From positions 54,126,001-54,190,000 of the forward strand of contig OX597831.1 of the NCBI GenBank assembly GCA_951406725.2: DNA of 64,000 nt, in the 5' to 3' direction. The notes beneath the pieces are model-generated. The model did no database searches. It worked only from the letters and a program-made list of their open reading frames with translations, and was not told where the DNA came from. The position numbers and the translations under genes are program-made. The stretch is from Octopus vulgaris (taxonomy: Eukaryota). Of this stretch, positions 1-12,790 are shown in pieces. Each line of letters opens with the position of its first letter. Position 1 is the first letter of the stretch.

Positions 1-3000
1 AACTTGGTAATTAAGAACCATTTACCTGTCCAAGTTAAGAACCCAGTGGCCCTTAATGAGCTCACATTGCACCCAAGAGGACACTGCTACCTGGGTTAGG
101 AACCACTGGTCCAGGTGAACATTCAGATTAATCATTAAACTTTAAGTGTCTCTCCTTTGATTTTCCTGTGCAGATGAGTACTTTGATGTTAATTTGTTTG
201 TAAACAAGCTATGAAGGTGATAGTTGTTGTCTTTTTTTTTACAGCTTATCAGAAAAGAAAGGACAGTGCTCATGATCCTTTTGCTATGCCTCTGAGATTG
301 GAGGGTAAAAGAGAGTAAGAAATCTCAACTCCTGGAAACTCTGTTAAAGGCACCTAAAAGCCAGGTGGTGATGTTAAATTAGGTCATAGTTTCTGTCTCT
401 CAAGTTTCATTCACACAACTTGGGTTGATTCAAGGTTATGGAAGAGGACACTTGCCTTACATACCGTGGGATTGAACTTGGAATCACATGATTGCTAAAA
501 AAATTTCTTAACCTCAATATCCTGACATATAGAAATTACATTCGCTCACTTATTGATTTTATCATGATATATTCAGGGATTTAAGTTATCTTGTAAATTC
601 AATTAAGGTTTCATGATACATTTATAAGACATTTTAAGCTGGTGAATTAGCTGAGTTATTAGAAAGTTGGATCAAATGACTTGTAGTATTTATTCCTGCT
701 CTCTAAACTCCGTGTTCAAATCACACAGAGATTTACTTCATCTTTTATGATATCCATCCATCAATATAAAAAAAAATACCAGTTCAGAATGGTGGATTAG
801 CAGAAGTGTTAGTGTTGAACAGGATACCTTGCAATAGCTGTTCTGACTCATTGCCTTTCCTTGGGACATCAGTAGTGTGAAGAGAGTATACATCGACACT
901 GCTTGTCTTCCACACACAAGAAAAAAAAAAACATTTCCCTGACCTCTGCATACATGTGTAGATGTATGATCAAGTTTGTTTGATGGAGACTCTAGAAGGT
1001 ATTAGATTTGTTTAAACTTAATTTACTGTAGAGGTATAAAGAAACACAAGTGTCAAGATATTAAGAATTTAGGGTGTGTTTTTTTGTTTTGTTTTCTCCA
1101 TTTGCTGTTAAATTTAAGAACCTGGATATTTTTGTTTAATCTTTGACAACATAAAGTTAACTATAAATGCTCTACTTCCAAACTAAGGATGAGAACTAAC
1201 CAAATATGCCAGGAGTGTTTCTATTGATTGCTTGATAGCATGCAATATTCTAAAACAAACAGTTAAATATTCCAAAGTCAGAAGGCGTTTAGTAGGGTTG
1301 TCTTTGACAGCTCACTCATGTCTATGTTACTTTGAAAATGTTTCTGTCTCTTGTTTGTTTCCTTGTTAACAAGTTTTGTAGTATTAAGCATAAATTTATT
1401 AAAAATACATTTGAAAATCTCCAAAATTTAAGTATACCATGATATCTTGCACAGGTATGAAACTTCATGAGAGAAATATTGTTTGAAGTGGTTCTCTTCT
1501 AAATACATTAACTGAAATAATTGCAACTGAAAATTGAAAGCAAATCAAATTTCTAATAGTTATGAACTTCTGCTGCATCTCCACATCCACCAAAAACAAT
1601 TATGTAACTCTAACACCTGTTACCAATAATGGAAAAATCATATAACTGATATTCTACTTTTCATCTTTTTGCTATTTCATGTTTTGAGAATTAGATTAAA
1701 GAAAATTAATACTGACTCTTTATGTCTAAGAATATATAATGCAAATTAATGTTCTTGATTAGTTACATGATCAATGTGAAAGCCTCCTTTGTATAGAAAA
1801 GAAAACAGGTGATTAGTGATGAGGTTTTGCATTGACATTCTCCAGAGACTTATTTGAATTAGAAATTGCAAAGGAAAGTTTGATGTGGCTTTTAATTAAG
1901 GAACACATTAAGGTTTTTGAGATGTGTGCTGTCTGAAAATCTTCTATCACTAAAAGCATCAATCCAGGATTGTGGATTGATAGAACAATTAGGACATTGG
2001 ACAAGATGTCTTGTAGTATTTCTTCTGGTTCTTTGAGCTTTGACAATAATGCCTGTGACAACACTGATACCAAGCTGTATCAGCTTAAAGTGGTAGCCTT
2101 TCCTTTTGGATAAGATGAGTGATGTGGAAAGAGGATACATGCATGCATGAGCAATTGCTAATCTTCCATACAAAAAAATTCCAGATTGATGTCAATGATG
2201 TTAGAACAGAATACATTTTAAGAAACATTCTGATATTGAAAAAAAGAGACAAGAGGAAAGATAGTTAGTCAGGCATATAGCTTAATAGAAATAATGTCAA
2301 TCGTGAGTAACACTGTCTTGTAAATTGCACTGTTGCAAAATGTAGTCAAATGTTCCTTATGCAGTATTTATGTTATCACCAAGACAAGGAAATAGTTTAG
2401 ATGGAGGTTGACATGGATGAAGACAAGAATCTCATTTATGTATTTGTGGTATAGTGTAAATTAGTTCTGGAATGAAGGACATCCAAGAATTAGACATGGA
2501 AATTAATTATTAGATTAAGGGTGTAAAATATATCAATCTAAGATATATAATTTGATAAATGATGGCTTATCATTGAATGTGCTACTTTATCAATGAATGT
2601 GCAAAGGTTAGGTGAGTTATCTATACTATAATGGAGAAAGCTGCTTATTAATTAGGTATGTAACAATTACTAAAAGAAAGCAATTATTAAAGCGTCTGGA
2701 AATATTTTTATAAATTCATGTTCTAAGAAATTTCCTATAATTTCAATTTCTCAAATTTATTGAATCTTTTAAACTCCAATTTCTTGCAAATTTAAATATT
2801 CATTACATTCATTGCATCCAATTCTTCACAAATTTAGATATTCATTGCATTCACTGCGGAGTACTCCATTTTCAGTTGCTAAGTCTTTCACTTTCTCTTT
2901 TAAGTTTTAATTTGCTATTTGGAAAACTGACAGTTTTTTAATGTATATATCATGTAAAAACATTATTTATTGAATGAAAATTTTTTTTAAATAGCCATAT

Positions 3001-3259
3001 AATTTTTGAACGTAGGATAGCTGTGAGAAGATCCTAGAAAGCTGAGTAATTACTATTAGAAGATGAGGAGAAAAAAAAGTTACCAACAAGTACTTGAAAC
3101 TTGCACCTTATTCACAGTTTCCAAACACTCTGTACCACTAAGCTAATATATACTCAAACAAACTGCACAAGTGAGTTCAACAGTGACTCACACACACATA
3201 CCAATACACACTCATACACATACACACAAATGAAAGGCAATTAATGTGTGTGTGTGTAT

Positions 3260-3683
3260 GCTCACTGACAAAACTTCGTGCTGCATCACTTTTGTGAAGT
3301 TTTGTCAGTAAACAGGTTGCAGTTTCAAAGCGATGAAAATATTTTGAAAATAAAATGTTAATGTTGAAGTGAAACTGGTACTAGGTTTCTTAACAGTACT
3401 ACTTATATACAGGTGTTGTGTACAAAGCATTTTAAATGTACACTGTGTGGACATGTAATGGCAACCTAGCCCTAAAACTAACCCTAACCCTAAAAACTAA
3501 CCTTCTCCTTCATATCGCTACATAGATACATTGGGACCTCTATATTTAAGTAGTGGCATGAAAACTAACAGTTTTTGTGTGTTCTTGAAAGGCTTACAAA
3601 TATCTTCCATGCTGCAATTGTTTGTTTTTTTCAGCACACAATCTCAGATCAAGTCACTTGCTTATGCCAGTACATCTCCATAA
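3260..3683. mobile_element. Older copy of the same palindromic family, with an internal hairpin and a (CCCTAA)-like insert
   Basis: Similar to 50697-50862; hairpin actgacaaaacttc/gaagttttgtcagt at 3264-3309. Confidence 0.65.
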
Positions 3684-5015
3684 TTTTTTTAAATCACTGT
3701 AGATAAATGCCAGCAATGACCATCTCAGGCTCTCCAGTATTTTTATTTCTAAACAGAAACAATTGATGGCAGGGAATGGGGTTGCAAAAAATTCATAATT
3801 TCTCAAATTTTCTTTTTTATAGCATATAAATGTATTTGTAGAGAAAAAATATTGAAAAACATCAATACATGCGAGAGTGATAAAGAAACAAGGAGGGTTG
3901 TCTTTGGATGTGCTAGAAACAACAGCCAAATCAACCTTAAATCACTCACTTTTTCCTCTGGAAATATTAATTTATTTTTATATTTTTTACCAAAAATGCT
4001 CCTCCCATGATTTTGAAGGGCAAAAAAAAATTGGCCAAAATAAGTCCGGAGCAGAATGATGGAAAAGGGTGTTAAAAAAAACAAAAAACAAAAGGGCTTT
4101 CAAAACATTTTTCATACAAAGATGCACCCCACCAACCCTGTCATTTTGAAGGTTGTGGTTTGAAAAAATGTGGAAAATCCCCGAAAAAATTTCCTTCACA
4201 AATTTCTTTATAATCTTAATCTATACCATTTGAAAGGGATTTGTATAAACTTTCATTAAAAGATACCCATCTTCTTGAAAGTTATGAAGAGGAAAAAGTC
4301 AGATCATGTGAATTTTCCAAAACTCCTCTCTCCACCCCCTTGGAGAAATTCTTCCCCATAAATCCCTCTATACTCTGAACACAACATCTAAGTGGTATTT
4401 ATAGAAAATTTTGTTAAAAAAGTATCCATTTTTCTGGATGTTATAAGGCAACAAAGTCGGGGGAATATACATCTGTAGTAATGCCCTTTTACCTATACGA
4501 TTTTTTCATTTCATGCTTATTTCATTCATTATTTGCAATGTCCCCACTCTCTCTCTCACACACACACACTACAAAGCTTACAGATAGACTGCTGAATTGA
4601 AATCTCTATGTTGCTTTGAGGGGAAAGTAAAACTTGACAAACTGCTTCTCCCTCTGATATTTGTTTTAAAAAAAAGAGATTATGACTGTGACTAAATAAT
4701 GAAAGCAATATTTATTAAGCAAGTGAGCACTATTTTACAAAGAAATAATTAGACATAAAATATAATAATTATTAGAATTGGGAATCAAATGTGAAACTAT
4801 TATCAAGAGGGTAGCAGAAAACTGCCCGGAGGGCAATCTTTCTGCTAGTATATATAATAATACTTATTTTTGCAGAATAAATATTGGCAAATAAATTTCA
4901 ATTGCATTTTTGCACCTCCTAATTGAAATCAATATTTTCAGTGAGTGTAAAAACTTTGTTTGAAGTTCTTTGATATATACATATATATATATATGTTTTG
5001 TTTTTTTATTTACAG

Positions 5016-5158
5016 GTGCTGTCGACAAGTGCATTTACTAATGTCAAATTGATGGTCTCCAAGTGTCAGTAAAAAGCAAGTACTGACCTTGGGGGACACT
5101 AAACCTCCTACAAAACTTGCTAATTTGTGCCAAGTAAACATACTCCCATCATTTCAGT
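5016..5158 (+). other. Probable 5' UTR part of the first coding exon
   Basis: Pyrimidine tract and tttacag acceptor end at 5015. An in-frame TAA lies at 5135. The ATG at 5159 has strong context (agtATGG). An alternative acceptor (catttcag) at 5157 is possible. Confidence 0.55.
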
Positions 5159-5258
5159 ATGGCTGATGGAGAAACATATAAACCACAATGGAATTTGGTA
5201 GAGTTCACATTACTCTCAATTTTTCCTATTCATCTTTCATTCCTTCACATACATAAAG
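5159..5258 (+). CDS. SLC6-like coding exon 1 ([33 protein letters not shown]; degenerate TM1)
   Basis: ATG at 5159, donor AAG|gtatgt, phase 1. W..EF.L resembles the SLC6 pre-TM1 motif. Confidence 0.75.
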
Positions 5259-8200
5259 GTATGTACCAGGTGATCTAAAATTTATAAAATGTCTTTAAAT
5301 CATCTTGAAAACTTTTTGCATGGTTTCTTTTTTCCTCCTTTTTTAGGGCTAAATTAACAAATGTATATCTTTGTCAGCATAATTTAATGTCCTTCTTCCA
5401 TGCTGGCATGGGTTGGGTAGTTTGACAGGAGCTGGCGAGTCAGAAGACTGTATTAAGCTCTACTGCTGGCTTTGGCATGGTTTCTATGGCTGGATGCCCT
5501 TCCTAACGCCAAACACTTTACAGAGTGAACTGGGTGCTTTTTACATGGCACCAGCAGCAGTGAAGTCCTCAAGTAACTTGCAAGATGGGACCCCTCAACT
5601 GAGTGGGGAGTAATAGTAAGGCAGGTACTTTGTACTATGTGATGAGAGGATAGAGTATGAGCTGAAGGAGACAGAAACAGGTGTCTTGCAGTTGAGAAAG
5701 TATATAGCCACCCTAGTTGGAGGGTAGGGTGAGGTGACAATGATGATGAAGATTTGATGGATTGTATCTCCATATTAAATTGTAGTGCCAAGCATTAGAA
5801 TTGTTAGTCAGTCCTACAACATGCTGTCTTATGATCCTCACATTAATCTGAATGTATCAGTCTATATAGACCATGACAAAATTATCACTCTTCCCTTCTC
5901 TCCCCTCTCCCCGTTTAGGATGTTAACATTAATGAGAGTACCTACATGTAAACCAGTCCAGTAATAATTGCAAATAGCTGGATTTGCAGAATTATTCAAC
6001 CATGAAAATACATGCGAAAGATATACTCAAGTTTAGTCCCATTGTGTAGCATCTTGGAACTATACCATTTTCTGTTATAGCCTTGAGTCCAATGCCTTGT
6101 AAATAAATTTGCTGGATGGAAACTGTATGGAAGTCCATCGGGTGTCTGTGCATGTCTCTTGCTGCTTGACAACTGATGTTTGAGTGTTTATGATCCCTTA
6201 ACTTAGTGATTCAGCAAAAAGAGACGGACTGTATAAGTACTGGAGTTGCTTTAACTAAAGGTGGTAAAATGGTACTCAGTGACTAAAACCAGCAAAAGAC
6301 TATATATAATAAAATTTTTGGATTCCTTTAACAATTTTGTTTCTTTTTTTTTTAAATTTAAATTGACCTTCCCTTTCTTGTTCTTTCTGATGTATCAACA
6401 CTGAACGTAAGAGATTCTTGGTAATTCAAGCTATTTTCCTTAGTTTGCCATTTGCTTAAAATTTAATGAGGACTGTCCTTAATGAGAAAAGAATAGTAAC
6501 ATCATTAACACATTAATACAACATAAATAGTCTTCTTTGTGAGGATGTCATTTTACATATCCTTTATAGATTTTGAGTTATTCTTGATCCTAAGATCATA
6601 ACAAGATCCAACTGTCATTAATGGAATGGCATTCCAACTGTAACCATTCTTGTCTTTTTATCAGTCATAATGTATCTGGAAATATATTATCTTTGTCTTA
6701 CCTTTTCTTTTTTTAAAGAGAAATTTGTTCCCTATTTCTAGCAAGTTGAGTGAATAGTGGCTCCTGCAAAAAGTAGTAGATTGTAAACAGCTGACAACTG
6801 ATATGTCAGTGTTCTACTGGGCCTTGATAGGTTATCTTTCTCTAATTTTGTTCAGGATCAATAAAACTTTTACTAATAATATACTAGAGTTAGTTAAATC
6901 CTCAAAAAAAGTTGACTTTATGAAATCACTAGTAATATAAATAATTTTGTGTAATGTGTTCTGTTTTATTGTAATCAAATTAATTGACAATCTGTTAGTG
7001 ATTATATCTTAAATTATTTTTCTTTTCCATTTCAGATTTGTCAGTGATAATTCATTTCATATTTTTATCAGTGCTTTGTATTCCCCCCTTGTTTCTACAG
7101 CTGAAATTAGGGGGACACTTACAAAAAGGAATTGTGGGAATGCTCTCAACCTATTTTCCTATATGGAAAGGTAAGCTTATTAATAATTATCATTATCAAC
7201 AGTTTATGAGGTAACAAGCTGGCACAATCATTAACATTTCAGACAAAATGCTTAGCAACATTTCTTCCAGCTCTTCATGTTCTGAGCTCAAGTCTTGCCA
7301 AGGTCAGCTTTGCCTTTCCTCCTTTCAGGGTTGATAAAATAAAGTACCAGTTAAATACTAGGGACAATGTAACTAACTCATCCCACTTCGAAATTACTGG
7401 CCTTGTGCCAACATTTGAGAGAATCATTAACAGATCATAAATAATAAGGAAAAAGCTTGCTTGGTAAAAAGCTTGCTTCCCAACCACATTCCACTGCATG
7501 GGCAAGTGTCTTCTACTATAACCTCAGGCCGATCAAAGCCTTGTGAGTGGATTTGGTTGACAAAAACTGAAAGAAGCCCGTCATATATATATATATATAT
7601 ATAAAATAAATATAAGAGAGTGGTCACTATATGGCTCACTCTAGCACCAGTTAATCCAAAAGGTTTCAACCACAAAAATACATGTTTCCCATGAAAGTCA
7701 GTACGATTGTTAGCTCACACGGACAGGGCAAATAAAAAATAACAAAAATACAGATTATTTTGGGACAATTGTTTCGCTATTAATGAATTAAATGTAATTT
7801 TACTTACAGAAAAATCCACTTGTAGCTCATCAGCCAAAACTATCTGGATGAAATCCACTCAATCACACGCCAGATTTTACCATAACGATAAATACGCGTG
7901 TGGTTCAATTGATTACATCCGACGTTATAATTCAAATGCCCCAACTAACAGCGCGCCAAACTTTCACGGAGAGTGAGCCATATAGTGACCACTCTCTTAT
8001 ATTTATTTTGTAAAAATATTATAATATATTATAAAATATTATAATAATCCAGGTTTCTCGGAGCACTAGGCCACTTGGTGTTGAATAGATATACTATTAA
8101 ATTAGTATCTAATTCTCTCACCCTTATTAATTAATTATAATTATGCTACATTTATTTCTAAATGCAGTCTTTGTTTTCCGTGAAAGTTTGGCGCGCTGTT

Positions 8201-8670
8201 AGTTGGGGCATTTGAATTATAACGTCGGATGTAATCAATTGAACCACACGCGTATTTATCGTTATGGTAAAATCTGGCGTGTGATTGAGTGGATTTCATC
8301 CAGATAGTTTTGGCTGACGAGCTACAAGTGGATTTTTCTGTAAGTAAAATTACATTTAATTCATTAATAGCGAAACAATTGTCCCAAAATAATCTGTATT
8401 TTTGTTATTTTTTATTTGCCCTGTCCGTGTGAGCTAACAATCGTACTGACTTTCATGGGAAACATGTATTTTTGTGGTTGAAACCTTTTGGATTAACTGG
8501 TGCTAGAGTGAGCCATATAGTGACCACTCTCTTATATTTATTTTGTAAAAATATTATAATATATTATAAAATATTATAATAATCCAGGTTTCTCGGAGCA
8601 CTAGGCCACTTGGTGTTGAATAGATATACTATTAAATTAGTATCTAATTCTCTCACCCTTATTAATTAAT

Positions 8671-8701
<31 letters not shown>

Positions 8702-9284
8702 ATTTGTGTGTTTGTTCCCCCACCATCACCTGACAACTAATGTTGGTGTGTTTATGTCCCTGTAACTTGGCAGTTCAGCAAAAGAGACTGATAGAATAAG
8801 TACCAGGTTTACAAAGAATAAGTCCAGGCGACTTCTTCAACTAAAAGGTGGTGCTCCAGTATGGCCACAGTCAAAATTACTGAAACAAGTAAAAGTATGA
8901 AAGACTAAGATACTTAGTCCCATAAGTTGTCTTTCCTCTTCTAATAGTGATGAAATAAATACCAGTCATGTAATAGATTAATTCGACTGACTTTACCATT
9001 TTCCTTTATCAACAAAATGTTATTCTGAATTTATTTTAACATCAAGAGTTTTGTATTTGAAATGAAGAAGTAAGAAATATTAATATACTTATAAACTTCC
9101 ATTTTCTTTTTTAATTTGAGACTGGCTTTTTAAACACAAAAAAAAATAGGTTTTCTTCAATGAAGTTTTTTTTTCACAGGTAAAATATAATTAAACAAAT
9201 TTCAAGTTTGAATATTGTGTGTGTTCTGTTTTCTTGTAAAATTTTTAATTATCTTTTATTTAATTTGTTGTTTTCTCCCTCTTT

Positions 9285-9322
<38 letters not shown>

Positions 9323-12300
9323 AAACTAGACAATTTTCTCTATAATGCTTCCCAAATAATTAATAGCACTTTTGTGATTTTAAAAGTGCTATCTGTTTAC
9401 TTATTTTTAGAATTTGTTTCCATATGATTTACACTGCAGGATAACAAATCAATGATTTTGCTGCTTTACAGCAGAATATCTAAAGTAAAGCTAAGAATTA
9501 AAATTATTTTCATTCCTGCATTGCTTATTTCTGAACTGCTTCAGTTGTGTAGCATAATCTTTCTTCTTATCCACTGATCTGTTCTGAGAAAGGTTGTAGT
9601 TGGCTGATTCAGAGTGATTTTAGTTTACTGGCTAAAGGGTTAGTAGTTTATGTTCTAATCACTACTAGCTTTTTTTAACCTAGTTGTACTAGTTACCAAT
9701 CACAGACTTCTAATTCATTACAGAAGCTGCTTATTCACTGATTTATTGAACTGGTTCCATTATTTTACTGTGGTGAGGCCAAATTTTTCCCCAAATATTG
9801 CTTGAAGTGAAATTGGTTCTTAATATTGCAAGAAATGAAAGTTTTTACTTTAGTGCCTCCTATTATCAGGAGTTACAGAACCAAGCTCATATTATCCTTA
9901 ACCTTTTTCTTTTATTTTTTAACCTGGAGAGGCAGCATATCTAATAATACCCTTTCAAAGACTGGTTGAATTTAATGTATTATTTTTATTGTATATCTCT
10001 AGTTTTGTGAATAAATATTCTCTGCTAATCACAAATACAGAAAGTATCCAGATTTCTTTTGAATTTACAAAAGCTTGTAGCTATACTATTATTACTCTCA
10101 ATTTACGTTTGATAAACTCATTTAATGAACAATTTCTTTCAAATGATCATTATTGCTGTCTGAGTTTTTATAACAAGATTTGGGAATTCTATCCATTATG
10201 ACATTATAGTTAATGTAATTTAAATTTTGCTTTCATAATCAGTCATTTTGAAATGCCAATGCACTATTGTTGCAAAGATTACACCAGTATTGGACTATTG
10301 CCAATTTTCTTCCCTTGAGAAAAGCCATTTTTCTCTTGTTGGTAGATATTTTTGAAACCCCCTATCACTGATTGACACTTTATTTAAAATTACAAAAACT
10401 TGTAATTTTCCAAACATTTCCTCATGGTTCAGTTAATAATAATTATTACCTAGCTTTTATGTCTTCAGCTTCCTAACTTTGGTATACAAAATCTCATTAT
10501 CACCAGACACCTTATTCTGCTTTCATACTTAGGTTTCCTCTGCTTGTTTAAAACAAAATGTTGCCAGTATCCAAATTTCCTTATAAATCTCATAACTCTT
10601 ATCAAATTACCTATAAGTTTTGATTGAGCTAGACACCCTTGTCTTTTGCACTGATTACTCATAATTCATATATGTACTAATTCATAATTCATTAGGTGAT
10701 GTCTGATCAAGGTTTCTTTTAGAAAACAATTTATGTTGTTGAATTGGGTAAATTTTGATGTGCACATGTGAATGCATGTTGATTATTTAAAACCATTGGT
10801 TAATCCTGATTCGGCTGACCTATGAGACCTCTCTTATTCCATTTATTGTTTCTCTTTCATACTATGGTAGCTCCCAGGACTCTATGTTCCATGCTCTTCT
10901 AAATTTTTTAAAAAGTTGGGTGAGATTTGAAGGAGATTTTTGGCAGGTCTAGCAACCACAAGCTGCTCGCTCATTGTTTAACAAGCCAATGAATGAATAT
11001 ATATATGTGTCGTTTGACATGTTGTGAAAATGTGATTTAGTATGTTATAAAAGTCAAAGCAGATGTAAGCATAGAAAACTTTACTTATGCATTGACAGTA
11101 GCCAGATAAATTGTTTAATTCAGACATAGCTCTTTGAGACAACGAACTACAATACCATACAGTGCTCTCACCCCTGCACCAGATTCTCATGTTAATCTAA
11201 AAAATACTTTACTGTATTTTAAACATAATGTCATATAGTTTTACATGATTAATTTTTCAGAAAAATCAAACCTGTGCAGTCCACTCTGTAACTGACAAAT
11301 AGTTGTTTTTGTTATTGGTATTAGTTTCCTTCCTTCTTTTTTATAATTAGAACGTTGTGATTGAATTGCCAAAGAATTTCCATGATTTTGATTTTAAAAT
11401 GAAAAGGAATTAAAAAAACAAACCTTCATGCAATCACATGCATCTCACATCTATTTTCATCCCTCCACTTCAATCTCTATTTCATATCTTATCTAGAATT
11501 ACTATTGCTTAACCATTTTCTCACCCCATCTCCAATGAAGGGTTATATAAAATATCCCAGAAACAGCTGTAAGAAGTTCTCTTTATAAATGTTCTGAAAT
11601 CTTTCACAGCCTTGGATTTTCATCTCATTCTGTTAATTTATATATATGGACACATAAGGGGTGCAGCAATATCAAAGGAAGGCTTAACTGGGAAGATAGT
11701 TTTATATGTGGCAAATGCTCAGGAGTAATAAACACTGAAAACATGCAGAAGACAGTTTCCGTCACATTCCAGGGGGAAAAACTACAAGTAGTTGATAGCT
11801 TCTGTTACCTAAGTGACCAAGTCAGTAGTGGGGGTGGATGCTCTGAAAGTGTAGTTGCTAGAATAAGAATAGGCTGGGGAAAGTTCAGAGAGCTCCTACC
11901 TCTATTGGTGACAAAGGGCCTCTCACTCAGAGTAAAAGGTAGACTGTATGACGCATGTGTGCAAACAGCCATGCTACATGGCAGTGAAACATGGCCCGTG
12001 AATGCTGAGGACATGTGTAAGTTTGCAAGGGTTGAAGCCAGTATATATATATATATATATATATATAACTGAAATTGATGGGTGAGTGTTTGGCCAACTA
12101 GATTCGCAAGGAGCCATGAAAGCATCGATTTGTGTGTTCTACTCAGCCTGAGGTTAGCTCATCATTTTTCAGTCATTTATTTATATTCAAAAATTGTCAA
12201 TTCAAAATCAGAGAATATACATCACTATGATATATATTATATACAGTTGCTATACTATAAGCCTTCCATAGTAGCTTTCTCTCCATAATTTGCAAAACCT

Positions 12301-12756
12301 TTCAGGTGTGTTTAGAAAAATATTATTTATGTAGTATATATATATATGTATGTATATATATATATGTATATGTGTGTATGTATGTATATATATATATATA
12401 TATACTAGCAGTATCGCCCGGCGTTGCTCAGGTTTGTAAGGGAAATAACTATAAAGCATTTTTAGAGAGTTATAGCAAAAAAATGGGGAAAAAATTATGG
12501 TAAATTTTTTTTAAGAGTTAAAAAAGGTCGAGTTGCGTCCCCTAGACAGTCTGTGGTTTGTGTTTCTGATTCTCGACCCCATGTCGAATTTATCGATTTT
12601 TTTCAGAACTGGGGGAACTTTTCAAAATTTTCGTTAGTTTTGAATTATGACATTGGGCTATGTGTGTGTCAAGTTTCATCAGAATCGGTTGGAAGCAGTG
12701 GTCAGGGTGAGGGTACAACCAAACAGACACACAGAAACATACACAGACAAACTGCC

Positions 12757-12790
<34 letters not shown>

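Larger units (their letters stand above)
7603..8674. mobile_element. Non-coding ~535-bp HHR-containing repeat (retrozyme / non-autonomous PLE-like): inverted partial copy plus 1.3 tandem units
   Basis: 7603-7970 is the reverse complement of 8177-8544 (368 bp). 7970-8139 repeats directly at 8505-8674 (period 535). Flanked by (TA)n inside a SINE-like repeat. Confidence 0.85.
7205..8900 (+). repeat. Cluster of abundant SINE-like repeats hosting the HHR element in an internal (TA)n
   Basis: caagtgtcttctactata..aaagccttgtgagtggatttg..aactgaaagaagccc before and gatagaataagtac..gtgctccag..aaacaagtaaaag after. The same blocks recur at about 6050-6300, 45530-46030, 46470-46620, 48500-48790, 56710-57440 and 59950-60227. 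Confidence 0.7.

Noticed and set aside
1780-2700. Minus-strand ORFs 1813-2173 and a purine-rich plus strand suggestive of an ancient retroelement (similar at 29110-29660)
   Set aside because: No diagnostic motif could be read; too decayed to call.
5259-7035. Hidden exon supplying a canonical TM1 GNVWRFPY motif
   Set aside because: I found no such sequence, and exon 1 already joins exon 2 at the conserved phase-1 position. An alternative first exon outside the window cannot be excluded.
7603-8544. Interpreting the inverted repeat as DNA-transposon TIRs or a misassembly
   Set aside because: The arms are internal parts of a tandem unit that recurs at 63.4 kb, they differ at one base, and the element extends 130 bp beyond the right arm.
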